Source: Gemmatimonadota bacterium | GTDB taxonomy: Bacteria > Gemmatimonadota > Gemmatimonadetes > Gemmatimonadales > Gemmatimonadaceae | Assembly: GCA_040389905.1 (NCBI GenBank) | Contig: JAZJZK010000002.1 | Span: 23,401-87,400, forward strand | DNA length: 64,000 nt | Reading direction: 5' to 3' | Part shown: positions 17,245 through 26,140 of the stretch, piece after piece | How positions within the stretch are numbered: the first letter of the stretch is position 1 | How the letters are laid out: the number at the start of each line of letters is the position of its first letter | Position numbers and translations under genes: made by a program | The notes under the pieces: generated by a model | What the model saw: the letters and a program-made list of their open reading frames with translations, nothing else | The model's database searches: none | What the model was told of the DNA's origin: nothing

Positions 17245-18842
17245 GGCACCATCCGCATGAAGAGCGGAACGTACGCCTGTAGCATCACCAGGATGCCAAC
17301 AAGAATCGCCAATACGAGACTATGCACGAAGACGAAACGCAGGATCTTTCCTTCGTGCCCATACCAGCGCGTCGCCGCGCTCGCGACAACGATCGACTGC
17401 ATATCGATCATCTTGCCCATCACGCCGCCAGAGCTGTTGGCCGCGGCCATCAGGATCGGCGAGAGTCCGAGTGTGCGGGCGGTGATCGTCTGCAAGCTGC
17501 CGAAGAGAACATTCGACGCCGTATCCGATCCCGTTAACGCCACGCCGAGCCATCCGAGCAACGTGCCGAAGAGTGGATAGAGCCATCCGGTTTTCGCAAA
17601 GGCGAGTCCCAGGATCGCATCGAGTCCGGAGAATCGAGTCAGATACCCGAGCGACAGCATCGCCGAGATCGTCATCAGCGAATTCGTCGCGAGCCGCAAG
17701 GTTCTGAGATACACGCGCCCGAGCTCTCCGAACGAACAGCCCATGGCGAGTCCACCGATGATCGCCGCAAGCAGAATGCTCGTGCCCGTCGCCGAGAGGA
17801 TGTTGAACGAATAGATGGCTGGTTCGAGCGTCGGCGCGGCGACGACGGGCGGAACCCGCTGAATGAGGTTGTCGAGATACGGGACGTGCAGTTGCGGCGC
17901 GAACAGACCATTCAGGAACTTCTTGACCGGCAGGAGCCCCCACACGAGAACGAAGACCGACAGCAGCATCCATGGAATCCACGGCTTGATCGATCCCAAC
18001 GATGCTTGCACCTGCGGTGAGGCGGCCGAACTCCGGCCGCGAAAGCGCACAAAGGCGGAGACGGCGAGAATGGAAACGGCTCCCGCAGTGACATCCACGA
18101 GGTACGGCCCCTGATAGTTGGACATCAGGAATTGCGGAATCGCGAAGCTCACGCCGGCAACGAGAATGGTGGGCCACGTTTCCCGGATGCCCTTCCACCC
18201 TTCGTATGCTCCGATGATCCAGAAGGGAATGACGAGCGCGAAGATCGGCGTCTGTCGCCCGACCATCTTGCTCACCTCCAACACGTCGATGCCGGTGACA
18301 CCGGCGAGTGCGGTGACCGGCGTACCCATCGCACCAAACGCGACGGGTGCCGTGTTCGCGATGAGTGAGAGCCCCGACGCTTGCAGCGGAGTGAATCCAA
18401 GTCCGATCAACAGGGCGCCGGTGATCGCGACGGGGGTTCCGAATCCCGCAGCGCCCTCAAAGAATGCGCCGAGCGAGAAGGCGATGAGCACGAGTTGGAT
18501 GCGCTTGTCGGAGCTCACCGCCCCGATGCTCGCCTGCATCTTGTCGAACGCGCCCTGTTCCTTGGTGAGCTGGTAGAGAAAGAGAATGTTGAGGACGATC
18601 CAACCGATGGGCATCAGCCCGTAGGCAGCGCCCGTGACACTTGCGGCGAGTGCGGACTGCACCGGCATGCCCAGCACCAGGACGGCAATCGCGAATGCGG
18701 CGGCGAGGGCGATGATCGCCGCGACGTGCGCCTTGAGGCGTCCCGTGGCAATGAAGCCGAGGAGGACGACGACCGGCACCGCGGCGAGGAGGGTCGACGC
18801 GAGAGGATTGCCCAGCGGATCGTAGCTTTGCGCCCAGGGCAT
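17241..18842 (-). CDS. lctP: L-lactate/glycolate permease (LctP family)
   Basis: W.QSYDPLGN, FFEGAAGFGTPVAI, ANTAPVAFG, GSDTASNVLFG, GGVMGKMI. Confidence 0.92.
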   Translation of the reverse strand: MPWAQSYDPLGNPLASTLLAAVPVVVLLGFIATGRLKAHVAAIIALAAAFAIAVLVLGMPVQSALAASVTGAAYGLMPIGWIVLNILFLYQLTKEQGAFDKMQASIGAVSSDKRIQLVLIAFSLGAFFEGAAGFGTPVAITGALLIGLGFTPLQASGLSLIANTAPVAFGAMGTPVTALAGVTGIDVLEVSKMVGRQTPIFALVIPFWIIGAYEGWKGIRETWPTILVAGVSFAIPQFLMSNYQGPYLVDVTAGAVSILAVSAFVRFRGRSSAASPQVQASLGSIKPWIPWMLLSVFVLVWGLLPVKKFLNGLFAPQLHVPYLDNLIQRVPPVVAAPTLEPAIYSFNILSATGTSILLAAIIGGLAMGCSFGELGRVYLRTLRLATNSLMTISAMLSLGYLTRFSGLDAILGLAFAKTGWLYPLFGTLLGWLGVALTGSDTASNVLFGSLQTITARTLGLSPILMAAANSSGGVMGKMIDMQSIVVASAATRWYGHEGKILRFVFVHSLVLAILVGILVMLQAYVPLFMRMVP

Positions 18843-19020
18843 CGCATCTCCGGTTAACGGTCGCGGCAATTGTATGGATGCGGCGGTATGCCTGCTAGGG
18901 CGGCGAGTTCGTCGCACAACGCTTCCGGCAGGGCGGATACCGTTTACGCGACAACGTTTCCGTGTATCGATTCAAACGTTTACCTTGGCGAACGGAAACC
19001 GAAGGGTTACTATGTCGCCC

Positions 19021-20265
19021 ATGGCTGCGCCCGCTGATCTCTCCAAACTTCGCATCGACCGCAACACGCCGTCGGCGCCCGAACGAAATGCGTTCGTCCG
19101 GAACCTTCTGATCTTCGTCGTCGCGATCGCGCTCGTAGCGGCGGGGGTGATGATCATGAAGGCGCGCGCCGTGCCGACGGTGCAGGTCGTCACAATCGCC
19201 GCCGGTTCCAGTGCCGGCGCCGCGTCGGCGGGCGAGACGAGCGTCACAGCGAACGGTTACGTGGTCGCGCGAACGAAGGCCTCGGTGTCCGCGAAAACGC
19301 CGGGGCGCCTCGCGTTCCTTGGCGTCAGCGAAGGGTCGTTTGTCCATCAAGGCGACGTCATCGCGCGACTCGATAACGCCGACTATCTCGCGGCGGTCGC
19401 GCAGGCGCAGGCGAACATCGCGACGGCGGAGGCCAGCATCATCGAAGCGCGCGCCGATCGCGATCAACTCGTGCGAGACGCCAACCGCATTCGCGACATT
19501 CGAACGAAGAACGCGAATCTCATCTCGCAGCAGGATCTCGAGCAAGCGACGAACCGCGCCGCGCAAGCCGAGGCTCGGCTCAGTGCAGCGGAAGCGCGCA
19601 AGCGGTCCGCGGATGCCGGTCTCCGCATGGCGGAGGTGAACTCCGAGAATACCATCATACGCGCGCCATTCTCGGGCACGGTCCTTCGCAAGGACGCGGA
19701 AGTCGGCGAGGTGGTTGCGCCGTCGGTCGGCGGAGGGCTGACCCGCGGGGCGGTCGTCACGATGGCGGATCTGTCCACGCTCGAAGTGGAGGTCGACGTC
19801 AACGAGGCGTACATCGGTCGCGTGCACGGCGGGCGCGGTGCGCGGATCACGCTCGATGCGTATCCGGATACGACGTTCCGAGGCACGGTGCGGCAAGTCG
19901 TTCCGACCGCTGACCGGCAGCGCTCGACGGTGCAGGTGAAAGTCTCCATCCTCGACCACGATGCGCGGATCCTGCCGGAAATGGGAGCGAAGGTGGACTT
20001 CCTCGCGCCCGACACGGTGAAGGCTGCTGCGCCAGGCACAGCGCAACGCGTCGTGCTTCGGGTGCCATCGGCGGCCGTGAAGGCAGAGGGTGGCACGAGC
20101 GTCGTCTGGATCGTGCGCGATGGAAAGCTGACGAAGCGTGCCGTTACCACGGGACCGGTGAGCGGTGGATTCCTCGAGGTCCGCACCGGCCTGAATGGCG
20201 GCGAACAGTTGCTCACTGGCGGCGTCGAGAAGCCGGTGGAAGGAATGAAGGTCAAGGTTCAGTAG
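19021..20265 (+). CDS. Efflux periplasmic adaptor subunit (MacA/HlyD family)
   Basis: N-terminal TM, TANGYVVAR, coiled coil, IRAPFSG, EVEVDVNE. Alternative start 19012. Confidence 0.9.
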   Translation: MAAPADLSKLRIDRNTPSAPERNAFVRNLLIFVVAIALVAAGVMIMKARAVPTVQVVTIAAGSSAGAASAGETSVTANGYVVARTKASVSAKTPGRLAFLGVSEGSFVHQGDVIARLDNADYLAAVAQAQANIATAEASIIEARADRDQLVRDANRIRDIRTKNANLISQQDLEQATNRAAQAEARLSAAEARKRSADAGLRMAEVNSENTIIRAPFSGTVLRKDAEVGEVVAPSVGGGLTRGAVVTMADLSTLEVEVDVNEAYIGRVHGGRGARITLDAYPDTTFRGTVRQVVPTADRQRSTVQVKVSILDHDARILPEMGAKVDFLAPDTVKAAAPGTAQRVVLRVPSAAVKAEGGTSVVWIVRDGKLTKRAVTTGPVSGGFLEVRTGLNGGEQLLTGGVEKPVEGMKVKVQ

Positions 20266-20286
20266 TTCACCCCCACCGATCGTGTC

Positions 20287-20976
20287 ATGGCACTCGTCGA
20301 AATTCGTGACGTTCACAAGTCCTTCAAGCGCGAAGCGCAGACCGTTGACGTCTACACGGGCCTCACGATCGACTTTGAAGAGGGCAGCTATACCGCGCTG
20401 ATGGGCCCATCGGGATCCGGGAAGTCGACGCTGCTCAACCTCGTGGCGGGGCTGGACAAACCGACGAGCGGCACGGTGCGTGTCGCCGGCGAAACGGTGA
20501 GTGCCATGAACGCGGCACAGCTTGCAGCATGGCGCGCGCGGATGATCGGTTTCGTCTTTCAATCGTACAACCTGTTGCCGGTCCTGACCGCGGAGCAGAA
20601 CGTCGAGCTGCCGTTGTTGTTGACGAGTCTCGGGAAGAAAGACCGAGCCGAACGCGTCGCGATCGCGCTGGGCGTCGTCGGTCTACAGGATCGCATGGAC
20701 CACTACCCTCGCCAACTGTCCGGTGGGCAAGAGCAGCGAGTCGCCATTGCGCGCGCCATCGTCGCCGACCCGACGTTGATCCTGCTCGACGAGCCGACAG
20801 GGCAGCTCGACTCGAAGAGCTCCGCGGAAGTGCTGGAATTGCTGCGCCGGCTGAACGAGGAGTTCAAGAAGACGATCATGATCGTCACGCACGACGCAAA
20901 GGCCGCGGAGAATGCCAAGACCGTGCTTCACCTCGAGAAGGGCGTGCTGCTCGAGCGCGAAGGAGTCGGTGCATGA
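20287..20976 (+). CDS. ABC transporter ATP-binding protein (LolD/MacB type)
   Basis: GPSGSGKS, LSGGQEQRVAIARA, LLDEPT, VTHD. Confidence 0.95.
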   Translation: MALVEIRDVHKSFKREAQTVDVYTGLTIDFEEGSYTALMGPSGSGKSTLLNLVAGLDKPTSGTVRVAGETVSAMNAAQLAAWRARMIGFVFQSYNLLPVLTAEQNVELPLLLTSLGKKDRAERVAIALGVVGLQDRMDHYPRQLSGGQEQRVAIARAIVADPTLILLDEPTGQLDSKSSAEVLELLRRLNEEFKKTIMIVTHDAKAAENAKTVLHLEKGVLLEREGVGA

Positions 20977-22115
20977 AATTCCTCCCGCTCGTTCTCGCGA
21001 ATCTCCGGCGGCACAAGCTGCGAACGATCCTGACGATTTGCAGTGTTGCGTTGGCGCTCTTCCTGTTCGCATCACTGCGAACGGTGGTCACGACGCTTGC
21101 GGCGGGGTCGGAGGTCAGCAGCGCGTCCCGCATGATCGTCCAGAACGCGACGGCCTTCGTCATTCCGTTGCCGCAGAGTTATGCGACGCGCATCGCGTCT
21201 ATTCCGCACGTGCAGCGGGTGACGTGGGCGAACTGGTTCGGCGGCAAGTACGGTGATGGCAAGAAGTTCTTCGCGCAGTTCGCCATCGAGCCGGAGTCCT
21301 ATCTCAAGATCTATCCTGAGATCGCGATTCCTGAAGACCAGAAGCAGGCGTTCCTCAAGGAACGATCGGCCGCGGTGATCGGCGAAGGGTTGGTGCGTGC
21401 CTTCGGGTGGAAGATCGGCGACAACGTGACGATCCAGGGCACGATCTTCCCCGGTGACTGGACGTTCACGATTCGCGGCATCTATCATCCGACCGAGAAG
21501 GCGTACGGCGACGACTCGTTCATGTTCCACTACGACTATCTGTACGAGAAGGAGCCAACGCGTGTCTCGCCGGGCTGGTTCATCATGCAGATCGATGATC
21601 CCGCACAGGGGCCAACGGTCGCCAAGACGATCGACGACCAGTTCCGGAATTCGAGCGCGCCGACCAAGACGGGAACCGAGAAGGCGTTTGCGGCGGGCTT
21701 CGCGAGCATGTGGGGCAATGTGAAGCTGCTGATGAGCACCATCGGTATGGCCGTCGTCTTTGCGATCCTGCTGGTGACGGCCAACGCGATGATGATGAAC
21801 CAGCGTGAGCGTCGCTCAGAAGTCGCAGTGATGAAGACCGTCGGCTTCTCCGATCAGCGCGTGTTCAGCCTCATTATCATCGAAGCGGCGGTGATCTCAT
21901 TGACGGGCGCGGTGCTCGGACTGGGGGCCGCGACGATCCTGCCCATCGTCACCGGATTCGGCGAGGGTGGATTCCTGCCCGGCTTCCACGTGACGCCGGG
22001 AACGCAGGTGATTGGCGCGCTCGTCGCCGTATTGCTCACCGTCGCCAGCGGCGTCTTCCCCGCGTGGCAGGCCGCGAAGCTTCCGGTGGTGCAGGCGCTG
22101 CGGAGGGTCGAGTGA
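20973..22115 (+). CDS. ABC transporter permease (FtsX/MacB type)
   Basis: NLRRHKLRTILT, ERRSEVAVMKTVGF, FPAWQA; ATGA overlap with the ATPase. Confidence 0.92.
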   Translation: MKFLPLVLANLRRHKLRTILTICSVALALFLFASLRTVVTTLAAGSEVSSASRMIVQNATAFVIPLPQSYATRIASIPHVQRVTWANWFGGKYGDGKKFFAQFAIEPESYLKIYPEIAIPEDQKQAFLKERSAAVIGEGLVRAFGWKIGDNVTIQGTIFPGDWTFTIRGIYHPTEKAYGDDSFMFHYDYLYEKEPTRVSPGWFIMQIDDPAQGPTVAKTIDDQFRNSSAPTKTGTEKAFAAGFASMWGNVKLLMSTIGMAVVFAILLVTANAMMMNQRERRSEVAVMKTVGFSDQRVFSLIIIEAAVISLTGAVLGLGAATILPIVTGFGEGGFLPGFHVTPGTQVIGALVAVLLTVASGVFPAWQAAKLPVVQALRRVE

Positions 22116-23278
22116 AGATTCCCTTTGTGTACAACTACCGGAGCGTGATGCAGCGCCCCGTGTCCACGGCGCTGACGGCGCTGGGCATTGGGCTCGTCGT
22201 GGCGGTGTTCGTCGCGATGCTTGCGCTCGCGAATGGCTTCATCGCGGCGCTCGTGGAATCGGGTTCGCCCGACAACGTGTTGTTGCTGCGTCGCGGCGCG
22301 GACAGCGAGTTGTCGAGTGGTATTCCGCGTGAGGCGGTGAGCATCATTGCCTCCTCGCCCCACATTGCCATCGGTGCGGACAACAGGCCGCTCATCAGCC
22401 CGGAAACGTATCTGGTGCTGAATCTGCGGCGCGCCGGCGGAACCGAATTCGAGGTCGCCAATGTAGTCGCCCGTGGCGTGTCGGCGAAAGCATTCGAGGT
22501 GCGGCGCAACATCAAGATCATCGAGGGAAAGCAGATCAGCTCTGGGCAGAGTGAAATCTGTGTGGGTTCCAAGCTGGCGGGCCGCTTCGAAAACGTCGCG
22601 GTTGGAAACGTGTTGCGGTTCGGCAATCGCGATTGGAACGTCGTGTGCCGGTTCACTGCAGACGGCTCGAGCTTCGAGTCGGAGATCTGGGGTGAGAACG
22701 AGCAATTCCAGAACGTCTTCCGGGGGAACAGCTTCCAGTCGCTCACCTTCCGGCTCAAGGATCCGGCGGCGTTCGACGAGGTGAAGCGCGCCATGCTCGC
22801 CGACCAGCGGATTCAGGTGGACGCGCACCGCGAATCTGAATTCTACGCGAGCCAGTCGGAACTCCTTGGAAACATCCTTCGCTTCCTCGCCATCATGATC
22901 ACGAGCATCATGGCGGTGGGTGCGGTGTTCGGCGCGGTGAATACGATGTATGCCGCCGTCAGTTCACGCACGCCGGAGATTGCGGTGTTGCTCACCCTCG
23001 GTTTTCATCCGCGCAGCATCCTCACGAGCTTTCTCGCCGAGTCGGCGCTGATCGCGTTCGTGGGAGGTATCGTGGGGTGCCTGCTGGCGCTGCCGATCAA
23101 CGGTGTCGTGACCAGCACGACGAACTGGGCGAGCTTCAGCGAGATTGCATTCGCCTTTCGCGTGACGCCTCAGCTGTTGCTCGCGGGCATCGTCTTTTCG
23201 GTGGTCATGGGAGTGGTTGGCGGATTTTTCCCAGCGCGCCGGGCGTCGAAGATGCCGGTCATCCAGGCGCTGCGATAA
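22112..23278 (+). CDS. ABC transporter permease (FtsX/MacB type)
   Basis: GTG start overlapping the upstream stop; NTMYAAVSSRTPEIAVL, FFPARRA. Confidence 0.92.
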   Translation: MKIPFVYNYRSVMQRPVSTALTALGIGLVVAVFVAMLALANGFIAALVESGSPDNVLLLRRGADSELSSGIPREAVSIIASSPHIAIGADNRPLISPETYLVLNLRRAGGTEFEVANVVARGVSAKAFEVRRNIKIIEGKQISSGQSEICVGSKLAGRFENVAVGNVLRFGNRDWNVVCRFTADGSSFESEIWGENEQFQNVFRGNSFQSLTFRLKDPAAFDEVKRAMLADQRIQVDAHRESEFYASQSELLGNILRFLAIMITSIMAVGAVFGAVNTMYAAVSSRTPEIAVLLTLGFHPRSILTSFLAESALIAFVGGIVGCLLALPINGVVTSTTNWASFSEIAFAFRVTPQLLLAGIVFSVVMGVVGGFFPARRASKMPVIQALR

Positions 23279-23321
23279 ACGGCGCCACACAAGCCTCGCC
23301 ACGGATTGAGGAACGCATCAA

Positions 23322-23395
23322 ACGGATGCAACGGAAACAACCAGATCAAGCGACTCTATCGAGCAGCTTGATCCGGCTGTTTCTGTCGCATCCGT
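23322..23395. repeat. Inverted repeat hairpin, CGGAT-type
   Basis: ACGGATGCAACGGAAACAACCAGATCAAGC pairs with GCTTGATCCGGCTGTTTCTGTCGCATCCGT. Confidence 0.8.
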
Positions 23396-23494
23396 AGAAC
23401 CCTCTCCTAGACCCAATGCTGTTCAGTTACGGTGAGACCCCGCCGACGCGGCTTTGTTTTCGATTGTCGCTCGGCGAAGAGCAAAAGCAAAGCC

Positions 23495-23688
23495 TACCGC
23501 AGAGGACGCAGAAGCTCTGCCCTCCGTGCACTCATTTGTGCGCCGGACCGCAGAGGGGCGCAGAGGACGGCGGAACAGATTTAGCGGGAGTTCGGTATCC
23601 GGTCTCTCGCAGTCCCTCTGCGACCCTCTGCGGTCCGGCGCATCGGAGGTCGCTCAGGGTGCGCATGGCCTCCGCGTCCTCTGCGGTA
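23495..23688. repeat. Nested inverted repeats of CAGAGG-type 9-bp units
   Basis: Outer TACCGCAGAGGACGC / GCGTCCTCTGCGGTA; inner TGCGCCGGACCGCAGAGGG / CCCTCTGCGGTCCGGCGCA (23539-23642). Confidence 0.88.
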
Positions 23689-23768
23689 AAGCTTATCGCT
23701 TTGCTGCAGGTCCTAACTAAACTAACTGAACCGTATTGCTCCTAGACCTAGATCGACAACTCCAGGAT

Positions 23769-23891
23769 TGTCACCTCGACCGAGCGTGGACTCGAGCGCG
23801 TGCATCCCAAAGCCAAAGCACGTGCAGGCCCTTCGCGGAGTTTACCCTCGAGGAGCGCAAGCGACGAAGGGCTCAGGGCGACAAAACGAGC
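23769..23891. repeat. Degenerate REP-like doublet
   Basis: TGTCACCTCG start, GTGCAGGCCCTTCG...CGAAGGGC internal stem, CTCAGGGCGACAAAACGAGC end. Confidence 0.75.
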
Positions 23892-23932
23892 GGGCGAGCA
23901 GCCGACATGCAGTCCTCTGCGTGCAATTCAGT

Positions 23933-25840
23933 TCACTGTTTGTGCGAGCCATTCTCCCGAATTCTGCCGATACCAACTCCGCTCGACGTGTAGAGCGCCA
24001 AGGCGATTCGCCCCGCAAGCAAATCATTCCTCTCGACCTCACCGAGTGTAAGCGTGCCACGCGCTGACACAGCACCGGGCCCAGCGAGCCGCCGTAGCAC
24101 TGGCCCCTTGTGCGCTGCACTATCCCGGTCGAGGCTCACGCCAAACAGCCGATCGGCCGGGACGCCCGCGACTCGCACGACGTAGTCGAGGGACCGGCGC
24201 GTCGCGTCGAAGGTAAGAACAGCCTGTGCGGTTGCCGACCCGACCTTCGCATTCGCCCGGAACTGCCGAGGCGCCGGCGCCTTGCCCGCTACGAGCGGAG
24301 GCGTTGTGCTCGGCGCGCGCCTTGGATGCACTGACTGTTCATAATCGTACGCGAGTGCGAGCAACCGGGCGTCAGCCAGCGGGCGGCCGAGCATCTCGAG
24401 TCCGATTGGAAGGCCATCCGGGGTAAATCCCGCCGGCATGCTCAAGGCAGGCAATCCCGTAACCGCGCTGAGTTGGCAATTTGCGCCGCGCTGGGGCTCG
24501 TTGATCAGCGCTGCCTTTCGGCGCATCGTCGGATACACGAGCGCGTCGTAGCGATTCGAGTCGAGGAAGGCGGCCACGAGATCGCGCGCAACCTTCCGTC
24601 GCGCAAGCGCGGCGCGATACGCGTCGCTATCTCGCGTGCCCATCGCGTCTCGCCTGCGGAAGGCGACGTCCAATGCGGTGTGATACAGCCCGCGCTCGAG
24701 GATCTCTGTCAGCGACTTCACCGGCGCGCTCGGAATGGTCGCAAGGAAATCGCGCAGATCGAACTTGAATTCATAGTCGATGACGCCGGCCGCGCCGATG
24801 AGGCTGTCCAGGCTGGGAATGACGACATCCGTCACGACGGCGCCGCGTGCCTTCATTCGTTCGAGCGCGGCACGAACGACCCGGGCGCCCTCCTGATCAT
24901 CCGCTTCGGTGCCAAAATGGGCCGTGAGCACGGCGAGACGCGCGCCGCGCAACGACGCCGAGTCGAGCGACGCAACGAAGCGAGGAAGTGGCTTGCCGTC
25001 GAGCAGTCGAGTTGCCGAGTCAGCCGGATCGGCTCCGATCGTCGCGTCGAGCGTGATCGCGAGGTCCGTCACGGTACGCGCGAGTGGTCCTCCCACATCC
25101 TGCGTGTGCGACAGCGGAACGATGCCACTGATACTCGACAAACCCTTGGTCGGTCGCAGCCCGAAGAGATTGTGGACCGCCGAGGGAATTCGAATCGATC
25201 CGCAGGTGTCGGAGCCCATGGCAACGGCGGCAAAGCTCGCGGCGATCGCGGCTCCGCTACCTCCGCTGGAGCCGCCCGGATTCCGGTCGGGATCGTACGG
25301 ATTGCAGGTCTGGCCGCCGAGGGAACTGATGCTCGTGATGCCGGCCGCGAGCTCATGCATGTTCGACTTCCCAAGAATGATGGCGCCGGCGTCGCGGAGT
25401 TTCTGAACCTGGAAGGCGTCGAAGCCGGTGCGCAAGCCGGCGAGGGCGATCGAGCCTGCCGACGTCGGCATGTCGGTGGTGGAATAGTTGTCCTTGAGGA
25501 TGATGGGAATGCCATGCAACGGACCACGAAACTTCCCGCTGCGACGCTCACCGTCGAGCCGCGATGCTTCGGAACGAGCGTTCGGATTGAGCGCGATCAT
25601 CGCATTCAGTGAGGGTCCGCGATGATCGTAGGCTGCGATGCGCGCGAGGTAAGCGTCGACGAGCGCGAGCGACGTGAGACGGCCGGCGTTCATCGCGGCC
25701 TGCAGGTCGGGAATGCTCGCTTCGTAGACGATGTCCGTCGCTCCGTTCGACGGTTGCCGCTGCCCGAGTGCGTTGTCAGGCGGAAGACAAAGTGCGAAGG
25801 CCACAAGAACGAACACTTGACGATGCAACGTTTTGGTCAT
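23933..25840 (-). CDS. Secreted amidase-signature enzyme with extra C-terminal (CHRD-like) domain
   Basis: GPLHGIPIILKDN, GGSSGGSGAA, GSDTCGSIRIP; start MTKTLHR with signal peptide. Confidence 0.88.
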   Translation of the reverse strand: MTKTLHRQVFVLVAFALCLPPDNALGQRQPSNGATDIVYEASIPDLQAAMNAGRLTSLALVDAYLARIAAYDHRGPSLNAMIALNPNARSEASRLDGERRSGKFRGPLHGIPIILKDNYSTTDMPTSAGSIALAGLRTGFDAFQVQKLRDAGAIILGKSNMHELAAGITSISSLGGQTCNPYDPDRNPGGSSGGSGAAIAASFAAVAMGSDTCGSIRIPSAVHNLFGLRPTKGLSSISGIVPLSHTQDVGGPLARTVTDLAITLDATIGADPADSATRLLDGKPLPRFVASLDSASLRGARLAVLTAHFGTEADDQEGARVVRAALERMKARGAVVTDVVIPSLDSLIGAAGVIDYEFKFDLRDFLATIPSAPVKSLTEILERGLYHTALDVAFRRRDAMGTRDSDAYRAALARRKVARDLVAAFLDSNRYDALVYPTMRRKAALINEPQRGANCQLSAVTGLPALSMPAGFTPDGLPIGLEMLGRPLADARLLALAYDYEQSVHPRRAPSTTPPLVAGKAPAPRQFRANAKVGSATAQAVLTFDATRRSLDYVVRVAGVPADRLFGVSLDRDSAAHKGPVLRRLAGPGAVSARGTLTLGEVERNDLLAGRIALALYTSSGVGIGRIRENGSHKQ

Positions 25841-25865
25841 CGAAGTACCGTGAGGTCGGAAACGC

Positions 25866-25894
25866 TTGCGTTTGCCTGCCGCGACCACCACAAT
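25866..25894 (+). promoter_or_regulatory. Putative sigma70 promoter TTGCGT-N17-CACAAT
   Basis: Consensus-like hexamers with exactly 17-nt spacing, 25 nt upstream of the small ORF. Confidence 0.45.
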
Positions 25895-25919
25895 AGTCCC
25901 TCCAGAACTTCGAGAGTCA

Positions 25920-26003
25920 ATGATGAAGAAGCCATTCGTTGCGCCCGTACTCACGAGCGAAGACCGACTCACCACGCTTGGTAGCTCGTCTGTTCCAACC
26001 TGA
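25920..26003 (+). CDS. 27-aa small ORF MMKKPFVAPVLTSEDRLTTLGSSSVPT, RiPP-leader-like
   Basis: Hand-translated. GAGAG upstream, promoter-like sequence before, intrinsic terminator after, [Y/F]xxPxL motif. Confidence 0.6.
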   Translation: MMKKPFVAPVLTSEDRLTTLGSSSVPT

Positions 26004-26024
26004 GTACCAACCGCGCACTTGAAA

Positions 26025-26054
26025 TCGCCAGCCCCTTTTGGGCTGGCGTTTTTC
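26025..26054 (+). terminator. Rho-independent terminator
   Basis: CGCCAGCCC stem / GGGCTGGCG followed by TTTTT. Confidence 0.85.
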
Positions 26055-26140
26055 ATTCAACGCCGAGCGAGCATAGCCGACGAACGTGAGGCACAATACG
26101 TTTGTCGCCGCAGCCAACTAAATGGAGTAGATCCGGATCG

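Noticed and set aside
18895..20562. Long antisense ORFs (also 1751-3046, 48414-49724, 53538-55385)
   Set aside because: Shadow frames of well-supported genes, expected in high-GC DNA; no motifs.
23416..24120. Short ORFs in the 23.3-23.9 kb gap and at 56608-57317
   Set aside because: Translations of palindromic repeats.
25920..26003. Lasso peptide gene cluster
   Set aside because: No cyclase, B1 or B2 gene in the window, and the core lacks the acidic ring residue.
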